Part shown: piece by piece, positions 50,308 through 61,040 of the stretch
Layout of the letters: each line of letters begins with the position of its first letter
Numbering within the stretch: the stretch's first letter is position 1
Origin: Mobula hypostoma
Taxonomy: Eukaryota
Direction of reading: 5' to 3'
DNA length: 64,000 nucleotides
NCBI RefSeq assembly: GCF_963921235.1
Contig: NC_086097.1
Location: 145,018,001-145,082,000, forward strand
Translations under genes and position numbers: made by a program
Notes under the pieces: model-generated
The model's input: the letters and a program-made list of their open reading frames with translations, nothing else
Told to the model about the DNA's origin: nothing
Databases searched by the model: none

Positions 50308-50981
50308 ATTAGATTAGATTAGATTAGATTAGATTATGAGGACACACAGTCCCCCTTTTATTGTCATTTAGTAATGCATGCATTAAGAAATGATACAACG
50401 TTTTCCAGAATGATATCATGGAAACACACGACAAACCGACTTAAAAACTAACAAAAAACACACATATATATATAGTTACAGTATATAATTACAACAGTGC
50501 AAAACAATACCGTAATTTGTTAAGAACAGACCATGGCACAGTAATAGTCTCAAAGTCTCTCGAAAGTCCCATCATCTCACGCAGACGGTAAACCTCCAGC
50601 GCCACCAACTTGCCGATGCAGCATACTGGAAGCATCCGACCACAGTCCGACTCCGAGTCCGTCCAAAAACTCCGAGCCTCCGACCAGCTCTCCAACACCG
50701 AGCATCGAGCACCATCTCTGCCGAGCGCTTCGACCCCAGCACCAGCAACAGGCAATAGGCAATGCCGAGAATTTGGGGCCTTCGTCTCTGGAGATTCTCG
50801 ATCGCACAGCAGCAGCGGCAGTGAAGCAGGCATTTCAGAAGTTACTCCAGGTGTTCCTCCGTGCTTCTCACGGCTGTCTCCATCAAATCCGGATTGTGCA
50901 CAGCCCCCTAGTTACACATAATCAATATCATTCGCAATGGCCGCGCGCGCTGTGTCGCGCCGCCATCTTCTCCTCCCTCCC
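50308..50981 (-). mobile_element. Non-coding ~670-bp non-autonomous retroelement, copy 2 (CpG-rich, apparently younger)
   Basis: (TTAGA)n at 50309-50335; similar end-to-end to 7666-8314; 5' end GGGAGGGAGGAGAAGATGGCGGCG on minus. Confidence 0.82.
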
Positions 50982-51877
50982 TCTCCACTTTCTTGTTTCC
51001 TTGCCAGAATTCGAAGACCACCCCACTACCCCTTCTTACTTGAGACAGGATAGGATGTAATTGTAATGTCCTCACTACTGAAAACCCTGCCACTACCTGG
51101 GGTTAATTTTATAAGAATCACTTCACATTATTTGCACTGGAGATCATTATCCCTAGAGATGCACTGAAAAGAAAGTAACTGCATCTATAAGTAATTCCTA
51201 CGGTTATGAGTGTTTTGTGAATTTCAGATTGCAGGTTATATTTATGTGCTTTTGCTGACCAAGCTATCAGTAATGATTAATCATGGTCCAACCCTTTGAT
51301 GATTCACTATATCAAAGAATATGAGCCATGATATTAATTCTAGTCTACAAAGTAGCTTATACTATAGAGCTTAGAGGTCCCCTCTATCTAATGAGCCAGC
51401 ATTATCTAAAGATCCTCAGCTTGAAATATTAACTCTGCTTGTTTCAACTCTGCTCTCCACAGATGTTGACTGACCTGTGAAGTGTTAGTAGCCTAATCTG
51501 TCTTTGTTTCAGATTTTGACAGATGTAGTTTTACAACTTTCAATCAATAAAGTATAGGAAATCCTAGAAGATAAGCTAAACCAATGTTAAAGGCACATTT
51601 GATCATAGAATTCGGTGTCGTATCCATTTGGGATATCACAGTTTAAGAAAGACATAGCTATGGCAAGGCTTCTGTTGAACATTGTTGGAAAGATTGAAGA
51701 AAGAGCAGGGAAGATAGCAACAAATAACAGGTAAGTGAGACAACCTGGATTGTCTTGAGTAAAACCCAGAATGGGTTTAATGAGCCAAATACTGCTGCAT
51801 TCTCTATGACTTCATGAAATTCATAACTGGATCTCTTGTGCAGTGGTTCTTCCATATTCCAGAGCCTAAATTACAAT

Positions 51878-52182
51878 GTGTTGGCGTGTGGCCAAGTGGT
51901 TAAGGCATTGGTCTAGTGATTTGAAGGTCGCTAGTTCAAGCCTTGGCTAAGGCAGCATGTGTGTCCTTGAGCAAGGTGCTTAACCACACATTGCTCTGCG
52001 ACAACACCGATGCCAAGCTGTATGGGTCCTAATGCTCTTCCCTTCGACAACATCAGTGGCATGGAGAGGGGAGACTTGCAGCATGGGCAACTGCTGGCCT
52101 TCCATACAACCTTGCCCAGGCCTGCGCCCTGGAAACCTTCCAAGCCACGAATTCATAGTCTCATGAGACTAATGGATGCCTA
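51878..52182 (+). mobile_element. tRNA-derived SINE with CORE-like central motif, copy 1
   Basis: A box TGGCCAAGTGG, B-box-like AGTTCAAGCC, GTGTCCTTGAGCAAGGTGCTTAACC. TSD TAAATTACAAT at 51867-51877 and 52183-52193. Confidence 0.9.
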
Positions 52183-53104
52183 TAAATTACAATACAACTG
52201 AACTGTAGAGTCATAAGCAAATAAAAATGTTTTTTTAAGTTTCAGCTTGCAAGACTCATTTTGTTCCATAAGACATAAGACATGATAAGCTGAAACTGTC
52301 TTTAACTGTCTGTGCTACCATTAAGAAATTTGCAAGAAACTTCATAAAGACTTGCCAGAATATGGAACTTGCTATCAAATGCACATGAATTTCATTGATG
52401 TCATTATACAAATTAGATTATTGTGAATGGAAGAAACTGATATGTATTAAGGTTTAAATTGAAAAATTGAGAATAAGCTCATAGAACATAAATATTAGCA
52501 TGGATGGGAGGGAACGGGTCTGTAGTGCTTCTTTTTATTCAACAGTTTAGTGGTTTGGGGAAGTAAACACTAGGTACCTACTGTACATTAAGAGTTTAAT
52601 TGCTACTAAGACAGCAATGTCAACCAATTCTTTTAGTTTGCGCTTTAGAATACTTTAATTGTGAAATTAAGAACCTGAGGACATGGTCAGCTAAAAATTA
52701 GAGGTGTTTGGAAACCCCAGGCTATGAGCCAAGATCAGCAGAGAAGACAAGAGATATATGAAAATTCAGCTACACTCATTAGGGCAGTTCATCTTGTTTA
52801 CTATGACATGAAACAAAGCCCATCTTAATCATATATCTGAGTTCTAAGTAAAGCAAACTTTCAATGGCAGCAAATAAGAAAAGAGAAAAATCCTGCTAGA
52901 AGTGTTCAACAGACCAAGCAACATCTGTAGAAGCAAGCTTGCTTCAAAATCAGAAGACCATGGATTTAAATCCATACAAGGAGGCAACATCTCCTTCAAA
53001 TGTTAATATAACGTTGAACTGAGAAATAGAGTGGAAAGTCGTTAGAGCAAATAAAGGAGATTCTACTGAACAATGGTATCCTCGTAAGAACAATGAGTAA
53101 CTGG

Positions 53105-53195
53105 CAACACACATAAACTGCTGCAGGAACTCAGCAGGTCAGGCAATAAAGGAATAAACAGTTATTGTTTCAGGCAGATACCTTTCATCAGGATT
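53105..53195 (-). mobile_element. Solo Penelope tail with hammerhead core
   Basis: Minus strand reads CTGATGA-A-AGG-TATCTG-CCT-GAAAC-AATAACTG...CCTGACCTGCTGAGTTCCTGCAGCAG. Confidence 0.75.
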
Positions 53196-53382
53196 AACTA
53201 ACAGAGCTTTAATCATTAAGCAATGGTTTTGAAAATTGTGATGAAATTTTCAAAACCATTGCTAATGAATGAAACTCTGCTAACTAATTCATTGTGATGC
53301 ATTGAATTTAACCCAGGAAAAACAACAACCCGTGCTTCTACAATACAGGGAAATGTTTGGATGAGAATATCACTCTGGAAGG

Positions 53383-54172
53383 GTTTAAACTGATATAGCA
53401 GGGGGATGGGAACCAGAGTGATAGGGCTGAGAATGGGGCAGTTGGTATACACATTGATGTAGTATGCAGTGAGACTCTAAGAAAGGGCAGGCAGATGACA
53501 AAGCAAAGTTGCTGTCAGTGAGATGAACTAAAGTGTAATATGGGGGCAAAAATGAATACAGGGCTGAAGGTGTTATATTTGAAGGCAAGCAGTATATAAA
53601 ATAAGGTAGATGATCTTGTTGTGCAGTCAGAGATTGGCACGTATAATGTTGTGGGCATTCACTCAATCATGGCTGAATGAAGATCATAGTAGAGAGCTTA
53701 ACATCCAAGGATATGCTTTGTATCGAAAGGACAGGCAGGTAGGCAAAGGGGATAGGGTGGTTCTGTTGTAAAAGATAAAATCAAATGCTTAGAAAGAGGT
53801 GATATAGGATTGGAAGAATCTTTGTGGGTAGAATTAAGAAACTGTAAGTGTAAAAAGATCCTGATGGGAGTTATAGACAGGCATCAGAACAGTGGCCAGT
53901 CCGTGAGATATAGAAAAGGCATGTAAAAGGGACAGTATTGCAATAATCATGGAAGATTTCAATCTACAAGAAGATTGGGAAAATCTGGATGGTGCTGGAT
54001 CCCAAGAAAGAAAAATTGTATAATGCCCACGAGTTGGCTTTTTAGAGCAGCTTGCAGTTGAGCCAACGAGTGAAAAATCAATTCTGGATTACGTGCTGTG
54101 TATTGAACCAGATTTAATTAGGGAGCTTAAGGTAAAGAAATATGTTAGAATTCACCCTGCAGTTTGAGAGAG
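53383..54172 (+). mobile_element. Degenerate CR1 ORF1/ORF2 junction and APE region
   Basis: Colinear with 62240-63020 and with the reverse of 31380-32220. Confidence 0.85.
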
Positions 54173-54299
54173 ATCAGGTTTATTGTATATGGGATATTAT
54201 ATATATATGAAGAGAAAAGCTGAGCAAAAATCACAGGGGGTCACCTGACAGAAAAGGCTTTTGCTGACAAAGATAGAAAGAAAAAGTCAATACTTTAGA

Positions 54300-55086
54300 A
54301 TTAATTCAGAATCAGAATCAGATTCAATATTACTAATATATATTGTGAAATTTGTTGTTTTTGTGGCATCCATACATAAAAGTACTATAAATAACATTAA
54401 GATATATATATGTGTGTGTGTGGCACGTGGCCAAGTGGTTAAGGCGTCAGTCTAGTGATCTGAATGTCGCTAGTTCGAGCCTCAGCTGAGGCAGGGTGTT
54501 GTGTCCTTGAGCAAGGCACTTAACCACACATTGCTCTGCGATGACACCAGTGCCAAGCTGTATCGGCCCTAGTGCCCTTCCCTTGGACAACATCAGTGGC
54601 GTGGAGAGGGGAGACTTGCAGCATGGGCAACTGCTGGTCTTCCATACAACCTTGCCCAGGCCTGCGCCCTGGAAACCTTCCAAGGCGCAAATCCATGGTC
54701 TCACAAGACTAACAGATGCCTATATATATAAAAAATTAAATAAATAGTGCAATTAGAGAGCAAAAATAGAGCGTAGTGTTCATGGGTCATTGTCCATTCA
54801 GAAATCTGATAGTGGAGGAGAAGGTGTTCCTCAAATGTCGAGTATGAGTCTTCAGGCTAATGTATCTCCCTCATGTTGGTAGCAAGGAGAAAACAGCATG
54901 TCCTGGGTGATGGGGGTCCTTAAATATGGATACCACATTTATGAGTCATCTACTTTTCAAGATGTCCTCGATGATGGGAGGCTAGTGTCCATGATGGAGT
55001 TGGCTGAGTTTGGAACCCTTTACAGCTTTTTCCGTTGGGCGCAGTGGCTCCCTCCATACCAAACGGTGATGCAGCCAGTTAGAATG
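54300..55086 (-). mobile_element. Rex1/Babar-like LINE 3' fragment interrupted by a SINE
   Basis: (AGAATC)n tail at 54306-54322; CCATACCAAACGGTGATGCAGCCAGTTAGAAT encodes ILTGCITVWYG on minus. Confidence 0.75.
54416..54722 (+). mobile_element. tRNA-derived SINE with CORE-like motif, copy 2
   Basis: Close full-length match to 51878-52182; B box GTTCGAGCC; inserted in a (TA)n tract. Confidence 0.9.
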
Positions 55087-57937
55087 TATCTGATCTGATG
55101 AGTTGTCATCAATCTGAATTATTAACTCCTTATTACTCAGCATACCTGCCGTGTAAGAATTCTTCTGTCGTGGAATAAGTCTTCCATTATTTGTGCATTC
55201 CTTCTGGTTTAAATTAGTTATTTATCTCACTGTACTTTGAGAATCCTTGATGCACATTACTGGTTGCCAAGCTCGCCTTTCCAACAGCAATGAATCTCCT
55301 GGATTAATTCATAAACTACGAGGCATTTGGGATATACAATGGTCAGGAAAGATCTGTGATAAATCAAGTTACTTTTATTCACAGAGTAACAGGGATCTTG
55401 CAATTGAAAGCAAGAATAATGAATTTTTTTTCTCTTCTGTTTAATAATATATGATTATAAAAAATATGTGAGCATGAAACAGCTGCATTTTGGAATTGTG
55501 TCTTAGCATGTTATCAAACCCTTTTCAAACAATGGGTTATTTTAAGTAATGTGGCATATTTGGTCGGCAAGAGATATAAACAATTTTCACCAGCAAAATC
55601 ACAGCAAAGATCTATGTAAATAATGTTTCCCTGCATTATAATAGCAGCTAACCTTCATGTGGACTCTACTGGCTGTGAATTCACCAGGGATATACTGAGG
55701 TCATGAATGCTTTAGAAATACAAGTTCTATCTGTCTAACTATTTTTCTTACTGGTGTTAGCTGAAGCAAGAATGTTGGACAGTATAATGGGAGAATTCCA
55801 CATGCTTTTTCATACAGTGCCAAGCAATCTTTGAAACAATTGCCTAACCAGTTAGACTGGAACTCAGTTTAGTATTTCATTGAAGAATGGCATTTCTGAC
55901 AAAGCAACATTCAATCAAAACTGAAAAATTCTCACATCCCTGTGGCTAGTGTTATATCCATGATCTTGTGACTTAGGGTCTATGATGCAACATGCCTGCA
56001 CAGCTTTTACAAATACTTCTCTGACCAGCAGGCAGGAATGTTGCTAAGTAAGCTAAGCTGACATATTCACAGAACAACTCTTTCAATGTATCCTTCTTTA
56101 CATTCTTTAGATGTGGAACAAGGCTTTCATTATATGTGCATTCCTTATTCCCTGAATAATGCAGAAACTTGACCATTTAGCTCCTTCAATCTGTACTGCC
56201 ATTTGATTAAATAATGGCTAACGAGTTTTGCATCTTCATCTTCATCTTCAACTTGGTTCTGTTTTGCTTAATAGTGTTCTATAATAAATATAAGAAGGTG
56301 TTGGTTGACATTCTTCATGTACCATTTGAGTCAGTGTGATGAAGGTGCAGTTAGAGACATTGTGGGTGGCTTAAATACAGTGGATTGCTTGGCCACTTCA
56401 AAGACAGCCAAGAGCCAGCTGAACACTTTGACACTTGGGGTGGGAGATGCATGTTTTCTGGGCCTGGCAAGGACAGCTAGGTACTTTCCCTTGTGAACTA
56501 GTTAGGTTATTGCCAGCGTTTTATTTCCACATCTCAAAATACCTGAACTCAACTCCTCAAACCACATGATGCATTTGGAACTTACAATCATTGGATTATT
56601 AGTCCAGGATTCAAGGGTACAATGCCTGTAAAATAGTCATTGTGCTAGTATAACTATTAACTATTCTGGTTTTCTGTTTTGCCTTCTTCCTGTTATGGCA
56701 TCTAAGCTAGTTTATTATTAAGAAATTCAATGGTCCATGTTCATTAAATACCAATAAAGATGAGGATTACTTCGTCCCAATAGGTACTGAACAATGAAAG
56801 TTGGCAGAATGAAGCATCTTTGAAGCCAATGAGCAAGGAGCTACAAAGTCTGACAGGACTGGAATCATTTGATGCCAGAAATCAGGGAGCCCCAGAAATC
56901 TGCAGAAAAAATTATTTTTCTTCCATGCTTGGATTACTAAACTGTTTTTGTATAACCATCCTTTTCGAGGTTTTCATTCTCAGTTTTTCCTCCATCTCTT
57001 CTCACCTTATTGGTCTAATTAGTACAGAGAACCTGTGGTAGGCAGAACACCTCAGACTACCAAACAAAATGATGCTCAGGGCTTGTGGAGAGAAACTTCA
57101 CAGCCAAGTGCAATCTTTGCCAATGCTCTATTCAGCTAAAATTTACATGAACTTCTGCTGAAATCATCTTTCTCCCATTCTTTGGCTCAAAAGCAGCTAA
57201 GACCATTTGCTAGTTTTGCATCTATCCTGCTGAATATTAGCTAATTCATCATATCTTCAAAGAAATGCAATTTTCACAGGAAATCTGAGGCAAGGATATT
57301 AAAAGAACCAATATTGGGAAGGGCGAAAATAAGTATTAGGAAAAAATAATTAATTCTTCTTTTACTCATAATTAATCATTTAGAGTCTGATCAATTGCAA
57401 AAAAAACTGTTCAGCTGAGACTATTCTGTAACTTAAGGAGTCAACAGTTCATTTGCCAGATATGTCAAAATTTGCCTTAGTTCCTTCATAGTAGTCAAAC
57501 ACCAGATGCGTTTATCGTCTAGGTGTAATGCCTTCTGTCAACAGTGCAATTCAACTCACTAAGGGAAATGTGTACACACTCAACAGATTACAAAGGAGCT
57601 CCTTTAGAAAAGAGAGTGTACACTTGTCACAAGGAACAAAGGATAGAGCAAAAAGCAAAGAGGTGGTGTTTGATGGTGTGTGAGTGAGGCAAGTTTTCAG
57701 TTTTACTCAAACAATAGAAGGAGAAAAGGGGGAGGGGAAGAAAAAAAATTGAGGTTTCTTTCAATATCTTTATGGAATAATGCACCTCTTTTTGAGTTCT
57801 ACCAATCAGCAGGGAACCAGTTTCCATGCTAATTCTCAATTAATTCTTACCCAAATTGTATTTTACGGAACAATATTTTGACTTTGCACTTTAGTCAACA
57901 ATTATTGTTAGAAGATCATGTATGGAACATGTCAGAA

Positions 57938-58270
57938 TGGGACAGCGGTGCAGAAGCACAGCCATTGCCTCATTGTGCCGGAGACTTGGGTGAAGTTTGC
58001 AAATACTTTCTGCGATAATGTGGGTTTTCTCAGGGTCCTCTGGTTTCAAACCAGATCCCAATGGCATGTGGGTTGGTGGACTAATCTGTTACCATAAATT
58101 GCTCATAAAGTGTGTAGGTGGCTGATAGAATCTGGGAAGCGTTGATGTGATGTGCGGAGAATAAAAATAAGACTAATGTAGGATCAGCATAAGTGAGTAC
58201 TAATAGCCGGCATTGACTTGGTGGGGCAAAGGCCCTGTTTTCTGCTATGTATCCTACAACTCTATGATTT
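57938..58270 (+). mobile_element. V-SINE (HE1-like), diverged
   Basis: GTGAAGTTTGCA...TGTGGGTTTTCTCAGGGTCCTCTGGTTTC...CCCAA; CR1-like tail GGCCCTGTTTTCTGCTATGTATC. Confidence 0.7.
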
Positions 58271-58454
58271 TCCATGCCTGACGCCCCATGCAAAGAAAAA
58301 TAACAGAAAATCAACATATTGGAAGTTATTGTTAACCTTCAGGAGAACCTGTGTCAGGAGGCAGTTTTTTTTTACGGGAGATAACTCCCTCCTATCTTAT
58401 AATTGAACACTAGAGAATATCCATGCCAGTGTATAACATTACAGCAAACTCCAG

Positions 58455-58755
58455 GGTCTTCAGCATGACATTCATTTTTTCACTGGAGTATTGAGCAAGC
58501 ACTACGTTGCTGAATTGTCCCCTCATAGGTGTCATGTTAAATCATTTGAGATTGCAGATCCATGTGAAAAGAGCTGAGAAGTGCTTCCTTAAGGGATCAG
58601 TATGAACCCCTTCACTAATGCCACTAACATTATTATATGTTCTAATCTCTTTAATATTTGAAGCACCTCAATTCTAAAATAACTCAATGGCTGTAAAATG
58701 CTTTGAGACACTCTAAGGTCATGGAGTATGTTATAGAGGTATGCGTCTTTTTTAT
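58455..58755 (+). mobile_element. Ancient Deu-domain SINE remnant
   Basis: TGGAGTATTGAGCAAGCACTACGTTG... and tail AATGGCTGTAAAATGCTTTGAGACACTCTAAGGTCATG. Confidence 0.45.
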
Positions 58756-60519
58756 CTTTTTCGCAATTGACGTGTTATTAGTGAAACCCCTAAACAACTG
58801 TCTGGAACTATTGTACTTGACAATTAGATAACCGTTAGCATTTACTTTCTCTCATAACACTGGTGGATCACTGTATGTTTAGTCTACAGGCAACTTGCAG
58901 TTCTACATCAGAGCAGTAATGTTACTTTAAGTCAACGTGATACTTTCCAGCTTCCAATTTTGAAGTGAGATTGTTGAATTAGTGCCGAAATATTGCAAAA
59001 GCATGTGCTGCAGAAACAAGGACCTCCAAGAACTGGACTTGAGACAACACAGATTTTCACCAATCCCTTCAGTATTGTGTCTGCATATGTGTGCACGTGT
59101 GTAAACGTATACCTGTATAGATGGCCAAAAGTTTGTGATGTCATGCCCACATGCATTGCAACATGCAGGACAAAATACCCAGTGTGCACATATGCACATT
59201 GACGGGTGTTGAGTGTTTGTGGGTATGTCTATGTGTGTGGGCGTACGTGTCTAGGTGTGCACGTTGGCTGGAGGGCTGGAAAGGAGGCTCTCTTCACGGC
59301 TTTAGCCACATTAAAGAGAACAGTGTGGAGAGCTCCCAACAGTAAAAACCTGAAGCTGAACACCTGGGATTGCCTTTTAGTCACCTGCCAGCTATTATAT
59401 CAGTCTTCCCCAAGACTAGCAGAGTAGGGGGTCTGGCACTATCATCTTGGAGATTGCAGCTTAATGAATGATGAATAGACTGTTTGTTGTACCGTACTCC
59501 TATGGCTCTTTCTTGGAAAAATATTACTTTTCTCATATTACCAATAATGGCTCAAGAATCTGTCCTCAACTGCTACACTATAGGAGCAGAAAACTCTCTA
59601 AAGTCTCCAAATTTCTTGAAAGTTATGAGTAATCAGTGGCAACTAATCTCCTCACCCAAACAGTACCTTCACTCTGCATGCCTCATTGGAAGTCCTTATG
59701 GCAATTAAACCCAATTCTCACACAATAGCCTTGACATTTAGAGAATAAGAGTACATGGGCTTGTCATAAATATAATGAGCAATCCTATCAACAAGTAGTT
59801 CATTGCATGGTAAGGTGCCTTTGAGTGCAACAATGTAGTTTAATCTCTTTTGCCCACTGTAATTTTATCAGAAATACATTTAAACAATAGAATTACAAAG
59901 GCTAGAGTAAAAGGCCATTTGATATATCATCCCATGAATTAGTTCTGCTCCCTTACTCTTGTCCTTAAACCTTTACGTTCTGTTTTCCTTTTCATGTACC
60001 ACTACTGTAACATACATATCTATTCCTGTGAGTTCTTTATCTCCAATACAGTAACATGGAGAGTGTGCAAAGTATTACCTTAAAATACACGGTGCTCTAG
60101 GTACTTAACTAGTTTAAACAACACGTACACACTTATATGTTGTAACCGATTTAATGACTTCTTAAGCTTTGAACTGTACCACTGCTCTGTGTGTTGATCC
60201 AGGACGTCCACAGATATTGTTGGTGTCACATCCATCTCTGGACTTGTTTATGGTGTCAATCCTTATGTCTTTACAATTACATTCTTTAAGTACTCTTCTT
60301 GACAATTGTCAGGCACACTATAGGGAGTAAACTTAAATTCACTATGTTCCTGACTTTGTTGGAGGCATCTTAAATCATGATCAAAAATCATGGACTTTTC
60401 TGGATCTCTTCTGCATGTTTAAAAGATGACTCTTGGAAACGCGCAGTATATTATCTCACTCTTCAATATTTCTGTATCTCATCCTTTACCTGCCTGATAC
60501 TGATATGGAATCTGAATCC

Positions 60520-61040
60520 CTTCCCCTTTTATCGATGCACTATAGAAAGCATCCAATCTGGATGCATCACAGCTTGGTGCAGTGCAAGTAAGTACAGAGT
60601 CGTGGACACAACTCTGCATATCATGGAAATCAGCCTCTTCTCCAAGGGCTCTGTCTATATTTCCCACTGTCTCAGTAAAGCAGCCAGCAAAATATGACCA
60701 TAAGATCATATGACTGGAGTAGAATTAAGCCATTTGACCCATCAAGTCTGCTCCACCATTCCAGCTTGGATTGTCTCCAGCTTTCTCCCAGTAATGAAAG
60801 AACCCACCAACCCCTAGAAGATACAAAAGCCTAAAATCAGGTACCATCAGGCTCAAGGGCATCGTCTACTACCTAATGGTTCTATGATAAGATGACTTTA
60901 CAATCTATCTCGTTATGACCTTGCACCTTATCGCTTACCTGCACTGCACTTTCTTAAAAGCTGTTACACTTTACTCTCTGTTATGTTATTATTTTACCTT
61001 GTACTACCTGAATGCACTGTATGTTGATTTGATCTGTATG
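60520..61040 (+). mobile_element. Rex1/Babar-like 3' remnant with a short antisense CR1 tail at ~60696-60790
   Basis: FYRCTIESIQSGCITAWC. Confidence 0.65.

Noticed and set aside
54420-54495. Possible tRNA-Thr(AGT) gene (also 51882-51955)
   Set aside because: Acceptor and T stems do not pair properly, and the sequence continues into a shared ~230-bp body with a TSD. It is a SINE head.
58927-59260. Cys/His/Val-rich ORFs on both strands
   Set aside because: Decayed (TG/CA)n-like purine-pyrimidine alternation, not coding.
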